Source: Octopus vulgaris
Taxonomy: Eukaryota
Assembly (NCBI GenBank): GCA_951406725.2
Contig: OX597831.1
Location: 53,444,001 to 53,508,000 of the forward strand
Direction of reading: 5' to 3'
DNA length: 64,000 bases
Shown: positions 37,667 to 48,848 of the stretch, in pieces
Numbering within the stretch: position 1 is the first letter of the stretch
Layout: each line of letters opens with the position of its first letter
Made by a program: the position numbers and the translations under genes
Notes under the pieces: generated by a model
Seen by the model: only the letters and a program-made list of their open reading frames with translations
Database searches by the model: none
Told to the model about the DNA's origin: nothing

Positions 37667-38547
37667 CATCATCGTCATCATCATCATAAGGCACATCAAG
37701 CTGGCAGAATTGTTAACACATCAGACAAAATACTCAGCAGCAGCATTTCTTCCAGCTCTTTGCATTTTGAGTTCAAATTGTGTCCAGGTCACTTTTACCT
37801 TTCACTTTTTCAGGGATGATGAAATAAGTACCACTTGATCACCGGGGTCGATGTAATCAACTTACCCCTTCCTCTAAAAATTGCTTGCCTTGTGCCAAAA
37901 TTTGAAACCACCACCACCACCACCACCATCATCATCATCATTGTTGTTGTTGTTGTTGTATGTTCACTTTCCATACTGGAATGGCTCAGATATTTTAAGT
38001 GGGTCCAACATGCTGGAAGACATCTCATTTCAGTACCTCAGTTTTGACATGTTTCTTCCTTAAGCTCTTCCTTAATGCCAACCACTTTACAGAGTGTACT
38101 GAATACATTTTTCATGGCACTAAACTTGCAAAACCAAACAGCTCCTTCAATTGAGAAGGGAATAAGGGAGAGAGGGAGAGAGAGAGGGAGGGAGGGAGGC
38201 TGCTTTGTGTGAGGTGTTGAGATATTAACCTTTTAGCATTTAAACCAGCCATATACAACCAAAATATTTTACCTGACCAAATCCAACCTCTTGCACTGAC
38301 CCTACCATGTCATTCTGAAAATATACAATCACATCATCACAATATTGAAGCTATGGGATAATGCTTGATAAATTCAAAACAATGAGAATAAACAAGCGAT
38401 AAACTGGACGAAAAAATCTGAATGCTGAAGAGTTAAAGTATCATGGGAGTTATAGGACCAGGTTTTTGTTGCAGAGGAGATTAATGGCTACTTCACATTT
38501 TACATGTTACACTCTGAGTTTTTGGGTGGTAGACTGGTTTAATACTA

Positions 38548-39060
38548 CTATAACCTCCCCTTCCTCCTCTTCCTCTTCCTCCCCCTCCTCTTCCTCCCCC
38601 TCTTCCTCCTCTCCTCCTCCTCTTCCTCTTCCTCCTCTCCTCTTCCTCTTCCTCCTCTCCTCTTCCTCTTCCTCCTCTCCTCTTCCTCTTCCTCCTCTCC
38701 TCTTTCCTCTTCCTCTTCCTCTTCCTCTTCCTCCTCTCCTCTTCCTCTTCCTCCTCTCCTCTTCCTCTTCCTCCTCTCCTCTTCCTCTTCCTCCTCTTTG
38801 TCTTCCTCTTCCTCCTCTCCTCTTCCTCTTCCTCCTCTCCTCTTCCTCTTCCTCTTCCTCCTCTCCTCTTCGTCTTCTTCCTCTTTGTCTTCCTCCTCTC
38901 CTCTTCGTCTTCCTCCTCTCCTCTTCGTCTTCCTCCTCTCCTCTTCATCTTCCTCCTCTCCTCTTTGTCTTCCTCCTCTCCCCTTCGTCTTCCTCCCCTC
39001 TTCTTCTTCTTCTTCTTCTTCTTCTTCTTCTTCTTCCTCCTCCTCCTCCTCATCCTCCAC
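38548..39060. repeat. ~500-bp polypyrimidine/polypurine tract (CCT/CTT/CCTCT units)
   Basis: Almost pure C/T on the + strand, with repeated cctcttcctcctct units. Confidence 0.95.
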
Positions 39061-39837
39061 CACCACCAAGGTTCTTACCACACAGCCACACCTGTGACTA
39101 TGCTGCATTATATTGCACTATGTGACACTATGTTGCATCATGTCATATTATATCGGTCAAGCTTCCAGCTGCTGGATAACTTCCTCCCTTCTACTCATTT
39201 TTCAGAGTCCTTGATAAATAAAAACTAAATGCATCATGAATGATGTCTCTCCCCTCTTCCAGTAAACAGTAAAAATATATTCCTGGTTTGGCTGTGTGTT
39301 TAAGAAGCTTGTTTTTCAGTCATGTGGCCTTGGGTTCTCTCCTACTGTATGACACCTAAGGCAAGTGTCTTCACTGTAGCCTCAGGCCAAGCAAAGCTTT
39401 TGTGAGTGGTTTTGGTAGCCGATAATGGCAAGAAGCCTGTCATAAACACACACACACACACACACATATTATATATTATATTATATTATATTTTATCATA
39501 TTAAAGTAGTGGAATCCAATTGATTGTGGTGGGACAATTGGTTAACTGTTGGCATATGCAGGTTTGTATAGAAAATAAGAAGGATATGATAATCAATCAA
39601 TAAAGTTTATTAATCTATGAATCATATAGGCTTTGTCCCATGTCAATATATATATATTTGTACATACACACATGCACACACACACACACACGCGCACATG
39701 TGTGTGTGTATATATATATATGTATATATATCATCATCATCATCATCATCATCGTTTATATATGTATATATATATGTGTGTGTATATGTACCTATGCATG
39801 TATGAATGTATACATACATATATACATACATACATAT

Positions 39838-39887
<50 letters not shown>

Positions 39888-39889
39888 TC

Positions 39890-41556
39890 ATCATCATCAT
39901 CATCATTTAACGTCCGCTTTCCATGCTAGCATGGGTTGGACGGTTCAACTGGGGTCTGGGGAGCCCGAAGGCTGCACCAGGCCAGTCAGATCTGGCAGTA
40001 TTTCTACAGCTGGATGCCCTTCCCAACGCCAACCAATCCGAGAGTGTAGTGGGTGATTTTATGTTCCACCGACACAGGTGCCAGACGAGGCTGGCGAACG
40101 GCCACGCTCGGATGGTGTTTTTATGTGCCACCGACACAGGTGCCAGACGAGGCTGGCGAACGGCCACGCTCGGATGGTGTTTTTATGTGCCACCGACACA
40201 GGTGCCAGACAAGGCTAGCAGACGACCACGCTCGGATGGTGTTTTTTTATGTGCCACCAACACAGGAGCCAGATGAGGCTGGCGATCGGCCACGATCGGA
40301 TGGTGATTGTTACGTGCCCACAGCCTGGAGGCCAGTCGGTGCGGCACTGGCTACGGCCACGTTCGGATGGTTTTCTCGTGTGCCACCGGCACTAACCACA
40401 AAGATACAAATTCCATTGATGTTCATCTATTTTGATTTCGTTTGATTTTTTGATTTTTTGATTTGATTTTCACTTGCCTCAACAGGTCTTCACAAGTGTC
40501 ACAAGAAGGAAGGTATGCACAGGTGGACTGACTACGTCCCAGGTAGGGGCCACGGGTTAAGGCCTGACTAGTCTTGCCGGGTCTTCTCACGCACAGCATA
40601 CTTCCATAGGTCTCGGTCTCTAGTCATTTCCTTGGTGAGACCTAAAGTTCGAAGGTCGTGCTTCACCACTTCGTCCCAGGTTTTTCTTGGTCTACCTCTT
40701 CCACAGGTTCCCTCAACTGCTAGGGTGTAGCACTTTTGCACACAACTATCTTCAGCCATTCTCGTCATATGACCATACCAGCGCAGCCGTCTCTCTTGCA
40801 CACCACAACTGACGCTTCTTAGGTTCAACTTTTCTCTCAAGGTACTTACACTCTGACGATTATGAACACTGACATTACACATCCATCGGAGCATACTGGC
40901 TTCATTTCTTGTGAGCTTACGCATATCCTCAGCAGTCACGGCCCATGTTTCACTACCATGTAGCATGGCTGTACATACACATGCATCATACAGTCTGCCT
41001 TTTACTCTGAGCGAGAGGCTTTTTGTCACCAGCAGCGGTAAGAGCTCTCTAAACTTTGCCCAGGCTATTCTTACTCTAGCAGTTACACTTTCAGCACACC
41101 CACCCCCGCTACTGACTTGGTCTCCTAGGTAGCGGAAGCTATCAACTACTTCTAGTTTGTCTCCCTGGAACGTGGTAGAAGTTGGTCTCTGCACGTTTCC
41201 AGAGTTTATTTCTCCTGAGCATCTGCCACATACGAAAACTATCTTCCCAGTTAGCCTACCTTTGACATTGCTGCACCTCTTATGTGTCCATAGCTTACAC
41301 TTGGTGCACCTTATAGAGTTTCTACCTACACCTTTTTTACAGATCGAGCAGGGCCATCTACCTGAAGTCGTTTGTGGTTGGTCCACCTTCCTACTTATTA
41401 GGACTTTGGTTTTGGCTAGGTTGATTCTAAGGCCCTTCGATTCTAATCCTTGTTTCCACACCTGAAACTTCTCCTCCAGTTCTGATAGTGACTCAGCAAT
41501 TAGAGCAAGGTCATTAGCATAGAGGAGCTCCCAGGGGCATCCTGTCTTGAATTCTT
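39890..41556 (-). mobile_element. RTE-clade LINE, 5'-truncated, relatively young
   Basis: Open frame from ~41555 (GCPWELLYANDLALIAE; YADD altered to YAND) through the 297-aa ORF 41461-40568 (FRYLG, MLHGSETW, RLRWYGH, GRGRPRKTW). The 3' UTR contains ~60-bp tandem units (40060-40390) and a (GAT)n tail. Confidence 0.95.
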
Positions 41557-41582
41557 CCGTTATTGCCTATATATATATACAT

Positions 41583-41614
<32 letters not shown>

Positions 41615-41617
<3 letters not shown>

Positions 41618-42042
41618 CGGTGAGCTGGGCGACGTGTCCAGTCCATCTATACTTGCTGCATGTATACTCTGCGATGACATTCCTCACGCTGGACTTCTTT
41701 CTGATGATCTCGCTACTGATGTGCTCTCTCAATGAGATACCAAGCATTGACCTTTCCATGGCCTTTTGAGCTGTTACCAGTCACTGCTCTTCTCTCTTTG
41801 TTGTAGTCCATGTTTCACTACCATATAGCATTACAGTGGACCCATGCAGTTGGCGAGTGGTACCCGTGCGAGTGGAAACGACCACCCGGAAGGCCACCAC
41901 GACGGAGGAGTTACGATTTCAGGAGGACGATTGGGATCACGTGGAGGAGAAAGGTGTGAACCAAAGAGGAGTGGACAGCGTGCTGTGACCAGCGGTGTCA
42001 AATGGACGCTTGACTGACTGGTCGGTCAAGGTGATCAAGGTG

Positions 42043-42044
<2 letters not shown>
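41615..42044. mobile_element. RTE-clade LINE (second family) with 5' inversion
   Basis: 41615-41836(-) reads MLYGSETW...MERSMLG..LR....RWTGHVAQLTD. 41837-42013(+) reads WTHAVGEWYP..KRPPGRP...W...EEW...*. It has a (caaggtgat)n tail and (TA)n on both sides. Confidence 0.85.
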
Positions 42045-42085
<41 letters not shown>

Positions 42086-42281
42086 TACATGGGGACATAA
42101 ACAAACCAACATCCGTTATCAAGCTATTGGCAGTGATGGTGTTGGTGATGGTGGTAGTGTATATGGAGCAATGTATAGTTGCTGCAATTGAAAAATGTTG
42201 GTCATTGTTATATGTGGTGTAGAAAACTGTTTTAATGAAAAGTTTTGGATGTGAATAAATTTCCATTCTCCTTTTCATTTT

Positions 42282-42323
<42 letters not shown>

Positions 42324-42522
42324 GGAGTAAATCCAAACTTACAGGGAAAAATTAGATTTAGGATTAAATCTAATTTTACAGTATAAATATATATATTTAT
42401 ATATTAAATTAGAGATAAAGCCACTATTAGGCAAATCAAACAGTGAAAAACATAAACCAAAACATAGAAATAAAATTAATTAATATAATATACAAAATAT
42501 ATAAAATATAAAATATATATAT

Positions 42523-42715
42523 AAGGAGAGATTACGAAAAAAACAAAAGACAAAGACAGGTGGTGTACAAAACAAGCAGATGTATTAGTATAATGCTCAG
42601 GAATAGAAAAAGTCTTTTACGTTTCGAGCCTACACTCTTCTACAGAAAGGGACACAGAAAAATCAAGGAGAGAAACAAAGAGAGAAAAAAATGTGTGTAG
42701 TGGCTAACGATCTAT
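42523..42715 (-). mobile_element. PLE terminal fragment (family of 16825-17010)
   Basis: Homologous to the terminus of the PLE at 16825. Minus strand reads CTGTAGA-A-GAGT-gtag-GCTC-GAAA-CGTA. Confidence 0.65.
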
Positions 42716-43839
42716 GTATATATGTATATGCACAAACACACATATATCAATAGTGTATGTCTGCGTTTGTTTTATGTTTGTCTTCTTCCACCAGCACCAC
42801 CACCATAGCTTGACAACGGATGTTGGTTTGTTTATGTCCCCATAATTTGCAGATTGGCAGAAGAGAGACCAATAGAATAAGTACCAGGCTTTAAAAATAA
42901 GTACTGGGGTTGATTAGTTTGGCTTAACCTTTCAAGGCAGTGCTCCTGCATGGCAGCAGTCCAATGAATGAAGCACGTAAAGGATATAAAGATAAATAGC
43001 ATTAAAACGAATGATTTGTATATTTTTACATTTTATTTGATTTAAAAATTTTTTTCCTGTCTGTTAAGCTCTTCGAAAATATCACCTTCTTTGGATATGA
43101 AGTGGAATTTTGCAAGAAATATTTAAAAAGAAAATTCCTCTTCCAAGTTATATATATATATCATTTTCTGCTTATTTTCTACAAAAATGATATGTTGAGA
43201 TGGTTCCTCTCACCGCCTGCCCCCCCCCACCCCCGCCTCACTCACCCTCTTGCTCTATCTAAGAATACTGGTTTGAATCAATATTTGTCTGGGTTTAGAT
43301 GAATCAAAAATATCTCTGTGAGCAATGCAACTAATGAAGCTGTCTAAACAGAAAAAAGATATGTAATTAAAGGGAGGAATAGATGATGCAAAATACACAC
43401 ATACACACACATACACACACATTCACATACACATGTATGTATGTATCTATATAAATATAAATAAATATAAAAAAAATAAAATAATCATATAAGCAAAACT
43501 GTTTTCCAGAAATCATATCACATGATATACGTTTTCATCATTGTCAATGTTCCTCTGTAAATCTTCCTATTTTTCTTTTATCTATTTATTCATTACTCTA
43601 TTTTGATATTTTCATTTGACAGTGTTGTTTTATGGTTTGATGCTCCTTTTAGAACCAATCAAATGATTGCACCATGGTGGATAGGTGCATTTAAGATCAT
43701 ATCGACACCGGAATGTATCTTCTCTGAGGTCTGTTGTTTCTTCATATGCTTCAGCTCATGCGTATTCTGTTTTAAAGTGTCCAGTCTCCAAAATATGTAT
43801 ATATGCATGTATGAATTGAAATTATGAAAAATATGCTTA

Positions 43840-43923
43840 TGCTTGCAGAGGGATTTGAACCTGTGACCTTCAGATTCTTCCATCACATTATCTGTAAAAG
43901 TCTAATGCTTCACTGACTAGTGC
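43840..43923 (-). pseudogene. Intron-containing tRNA-Lys(TTT)-like relic, copy 1
   Basis: agtcagtgaagcatTAGA-CT-TTT-A-[19 nt]-A-TCTGA-aggtc-acaggTTCAAATccctc-tgcaagca, then a T-run. The 5' acceptor strand is missing and the T-stem is mispaired. Confidence 0.6.
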
Positions 43924-45562
43924 ATATATGTATCTGTGAATGTATGCATATATGTATGTATGCATATATGCATGAATTCATGTATGCATGCATGTATGTA
44001 TGTATGTATGTATGCATACATAGATACATACATGCATGCATGCATTCATGCATCCATCCATCCATCCATCCATCTATACATACATACATACATACATACA
44101 TGCATACATACACACAAGCATACATGCATATATACATGCGTTCATACAGGCATATATACACCAGTCAGTGGAGCATCAGTCTTTGTATGTATATATGCAT
44201 GTCTGCATATGTGTATGTAAATATTATGTATTTGTGTATGTACATATGCGTGAATGTATGTATGCATGCGTGTATGCATGTGTGTATGTATGTATGTCTA
44301 TATCATATCTATATGTGTATACACACATATGCACACACATATACACACACACATACATGAAAACTTACATACATATATACAAACGCAACACACACACACG
44401 TATGTATGTATGTATGTATGTACGTACGTATGTATGTAAGTATGTATGTATGTATGTAAGTATGTATGTATGTATGTATGTATAGATGTATGTAAGTATG
44501 TATGTATGTATGTATGCATGCATGTATGCATGTATGTATGCATGCATTTATGTATGTATGTATGTATGTATGTATGTATGCATGTATGTATGCATGCATG
44601 TATGTATGTATGTATGTATGTATGTATGTATGTATGTATGTATGTATGTATAGATGGATGTATGTAAATAACAAATGCATACATATAAATCATTTTCAAT
44701 CTTGACATGTTAAAAATGCACTGAAAATTGAAGAAATATAATAAAATTCATTTGACTTCCCAAATTACAGTTCTTTGTACATGAAAGGCTACATGAAAGA
44801 AGGCAAATTGCAAACTATTTCATTGTTAGATATAAATATAACAATATTATAAGAGTGTCCCTTAATCCAGAATTTCTGAAAATGGGTTCCACGAAAAAAA
44901 TTCTAGGGGTTTCAAAAGATGAAGTAATCCCTTCTTTCGATCAAAGGAGGCAAAAGCACTTTCTTTCTCTCCCCCCCCCTATTTCTCTCTCACACACACA
45001 TGTGATGGAACTGCCTTCTACCAAACTCACTCAAAAGGCTTTGGTTGACCTGAGTCTATAGTTGAAGATACTTGCTCAAGGAACAGTGTGGTGGGACTGG
45101 ACTCCAAACGATGTCATTGGGAAGCAAGGTTCTTGCTCACACAGCCATGCCTAAAGTGTCTTTTAATAATATTTAATAAAAATTTTTATAAGTGCAGGCA
45201 TGGCTGCATGGTAAGGCTCTTGCTTTCCAATCACATGGTTCAAGGTTCAGTCCCACTATGTGGCACTTTGTGCAAGTATCTTTTACTGTAGTCTTGGGTC
45301 AATCAAAGCCTTGTGTGTGGATTTGATAAATGGAATTTGAAAGAAGCCTGTCGTATATATGTATATATGTGTTTGTTTGTGTGTGTGTGTGCATGTCTGT
45401 CTGTCTGCGTTTGTTCCCCCACCACACCACTTGACAATCAGTGCCGGTATGTTTACATCCCTTTTACTTAACGGTTCCACAAAAGGGACCAAAAGAATAA
45501 GTACTAGGCTTTAAAAAAAACATAAGTACTGGGTTTGATACATTTGACTAAAGAATTCTTCA

Positions 45563-45953
45563 ATTAGTTTATTGACACCCCCCATAACTTTGCGTTCAGC
45601 AAAAAGAGACCAATAGAATAAGAACCTGACTTAAAAATAAATAGGCACTAGGGTCAATTTGTTCAACTAAAACCTACCCCTTCTTAGCAGTGCTCCAGCA
45701 TGGCCACAGTCTAATGACTGAAACAAGTAAAAGATAAAAGATTTCGCAAACAAATGCTATCTTTTATTAGTAATGTTTTAATGTTTTATTTGTTTCAGTC
45801 ATAGGACTGTGGCCATGCTGAAGCACTGCTAAGAAGGGGTAGGTTTTAGTTGAACAAATTGACCCTAGTGCCTATTTATTTTTAAGTCAGGTTCTTATTC
45901 TATTGGTCTCTTTTTGCTGAACGCAAAGTTATGGGGGGTGTCAATAAACTAAT
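45563..45953. repeat. Perfect 132-bp inverted repeat of SINE B 3' sequence
   Basis: 45563-45694 is the exact reverse complement of 45822-45953. Pairing extends inward ~32 bp more with 3 mismatches, leaving a ~63-nt loop. Confidence 0.92.
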
Positions 45954-46300
45954 ACCAGTTGTCAAGTGGTGGTGGTGGTGGGGAGAGGGAAGACGGTTAC
46001 ACACACACACACATATGCATATATATAATAAAATAAAGGAGTGAAGGTGCATGGCTTAGTGGTTAGGCTATTCAGCTCATGATCATAAGGTCATGAGTTC
46101 AATTCCCGGTGATGCATTGTATCCTTGAGCAAGACACTTCATTTCACGTTGTTCCAGTCTACTCAGCTGGCAAAAATGAGTAGTACCTGTAACTCAAAGG
46201 GTCAGCCTTGTCATAGTCTGTATCAAGCTGAATCTCCCTGAGAACTACGTTAAGGGTACATGTGTTAAGGGTATATGCATACATTCATAGATACATATAT

Positions 46301-46384
46301 GCACCAGTCAGTGGAGCATCAGACTTTTACAGATAATGTGGTGGAAGAATCTGAGGATCACAAGTTCAAATCCATCTGCAAGCA
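46301..46384 (+). pseudogene. Intron-containing tRNA-Lys(TTT)-like relic, copy 2
   Basis: cagtcagtggagcaTCAGA-CT-TTT(46326-28)-A-[46330-46348]-A-TCTGA. Compare metazoan tRNA-Lys(UUU) CAGTCGGTAGAGCATCAGACTTTTAATCTGAGGGTC. T6 run at 46393-98. Confidence 0.6.
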
Positions 46385-47772
46385 TAAGCATATTTTTTAT
46401 AATTTCAATTCTTACATGCATATATAGATATTTTGGAGACATCTTCTTGTACGTTAATTTCATTAGCAGGCTGTTCCGTTGATCAGATCAACTGGAACCC
46501 TGGTCATCGTAACCGATGGAGTGCCAATTAGAATAAAGTTATTAGTTTCAAATTTTGGCTCAAGACCCACAACTTCAAGGAAGGGAGTAAATCAAATACG
46601 TCAACCCCTGTGCTCAATTGGTTCTTATTTTATCGACCTCCAAAAAATGAATGGTGAAGTTAACCTTGGTGGAATTTGAACTCAGAATGTAAAGATGAAC
46701 ATTACTGTTCATCTTCACATACTGATTACTGGGCATGCTAATGATTCTGCTAGCTTACTAACTTATTTTCTCTTTTACTCTTTTACTTGTTTCAGTCGTT
46801 TGACTGCAGCCATGCTGGTGCACTGCCTTTAGTCGAACAAATTGACCTCAGGACTTATTCTTTGTAAGCCTAGTACTTATTCTATTGGTCTCTTTTGCTG
46901 AACCACTAAGTTACGGGGACGTAAACACACCAGCATCGGTTGTCAAGCGATGTTTGGGGTTAAACACAGACACACATATATATATACATATATATGACGG
47001 GCTTCTTTCAGCTTCCACTCACAAGGCTTTGGTCCACCCGAGGCTATAGTAGAAGACACTTGCCCAAGGTGCCACACAGTGGGACTGAACCCGGAACCAT
47101 GTGGTTGTAAAGCAAGCTACTTACCACACAGCCACTCCTGCGCCTATAATGCGCCTTATGATGTTATTATTGAAAATTGGTTTCAAATTTTGGCCTGAGT
47201 CCAACAATTTTGGGGGAGGGGCTAAGTTAATTAAATCAACCTCAGTTGAGTACTGATACTGGTACTTATTTTATTGACCCTGAAAGAGATGAAAGTTAAA
47301 GTTGACTTTGGTAGAATTTGAACTCAGAATGTAAAGATGGACGAAATGCTTCTAAGCATTTTACCCTTGTAACAGATTAAAGTTATTGGCAAGCAAAATA
47401 CTGATGACCAGATACCAGTTATTCTCCTGTCTAAAGCCTTTATTGTTATCATACATGTATCAGCTTGATTGAAACAATACATATAGCCAATTCTGATTTA
47501 GGCTGCTGTAACATCCCAGTATTTGCAGTTGCAATTTATGCAGGAAGTCAACTTGAGCACTAATTGTATTTACCTATTATCTCATGTCATCAGTCATAAT
47601 GTTACCTGAAACGAATGAATGAATGAATCGCTCAATGGATTAATGAATTAATGTATGTGTATACGTATGCATGCACAGATACATACATACATACATACAT
47701 ACATACACACGCAGATACATGCATACATATGTATATACATACATTTCAGATAATATTGACAATGACAATCAT

Positions 47773-47803
<31 letters not shown>

Positions 47804-47992
47804 TTCATCATCATTGCTATCATTGTTTTCATCATCGTAACCACTGCTGCCACTATCAGCACAACCAGCATCGCCTCCATCATCGCTCCATCATTGCCAT
47901 CATTTCCCCCATCATCATCATCATCATCATCATCATCATTGTTCTCGTCATGATCAATGTCACCATCATTGGAATCATTGCCACCATCACCG

Positions 47993-48551
47993 GCATTTGT
48001 GCAAAATCTTGAAAATAGTTGGCTGTGGCACTCCTAATTCTCTTGAAGCTCTGCGAGTTGAAAGGCTACATTGAAAAGTAGTATGCACAGCATCAACAAT
48101 CTCATCACTTGATTGTGGCCTGCTAGTTCTTTTGATGTTACCAATGCTACCTGTGTCTTTGAATGTATAATACCAGTTGTTGATGCTTCTAACACCTGGG
48201 GGATTTCAGTCGTATTCTCTTTTAAAGTTTCGTTGAACCGTAATTGCCAACTTAGTTTCATAAAACCACAAAACATATTGTGCTTTTTCTTTCATAGACG
48301 CTATTTTGATATTTCATTTCATTTGAGTTTGAGTTCATGCTCAGTCCAAGTCGAAGACTCCACCCTCAAAATATGTTAACTTTATCTGAAAAAAGGAAAA
48401 TGTAATTAAGAAATAACGAAACAGCACTTTTCAATAATCAATTAGGAAATCTTAGACTTCAATTTTATAAACTTCAACAACAAAAACGTTTAATTTGAAA
48501 TAGCAACAAAAATATGATATTTCAGAATCAGGGAAGGATTTCATAACCACC

Positions 48552-48554
<3 letters not shown>
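47993..48554 (-). mobile_element. Tc1/mariner-superfamily transposon, 5' half
   Basis: TA|cagggtggttatgaaat terminus. The frame MKEKAQYVLWFYETK.AITVQRNFKREY..PP...SI..W...FKDTGSI...R..RP...STRRASRELGVPQPTIFKILHK is a DUF4817-like HTH N-terminus with one stop. Confidence 0.8.
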
Positions 48555-48600
<46 letters not shown>

Positions 48601-48793
48601 CCAAAACCTGACTTTAAACCACATTAAATGTTCATGTGGTTTTAGAGTCAGGCTTTGGCTGCTATTTCCAGCATGGTGGTATCTCTTAGATACCCTAAAT
48701 TATAATTTTAATAATAATTATTACCTTTGAAGGTTTTTATTTCCATGCTGGCCACTTGATAAGATCGATATTTAAATTAATGATCTTATCCTC

Positions 48794-48848
<55 letters not shown>

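Noticed and set aside
40060-40390. HDV-like ribozyme (ccagcctc...ctggc resembles HDV P3/L3)
   Set aside because: Could not build P1/P2/P1.1 or the catalytic J4/2 strand. RTE HDV-like ribozymes are expected at the 5' end.
46301-46384. Functional tRNA-Lys gene
   Set aside because: The 5' acceptor strand is absent and the T-stem mispaired in both copies; reported as a relic only.
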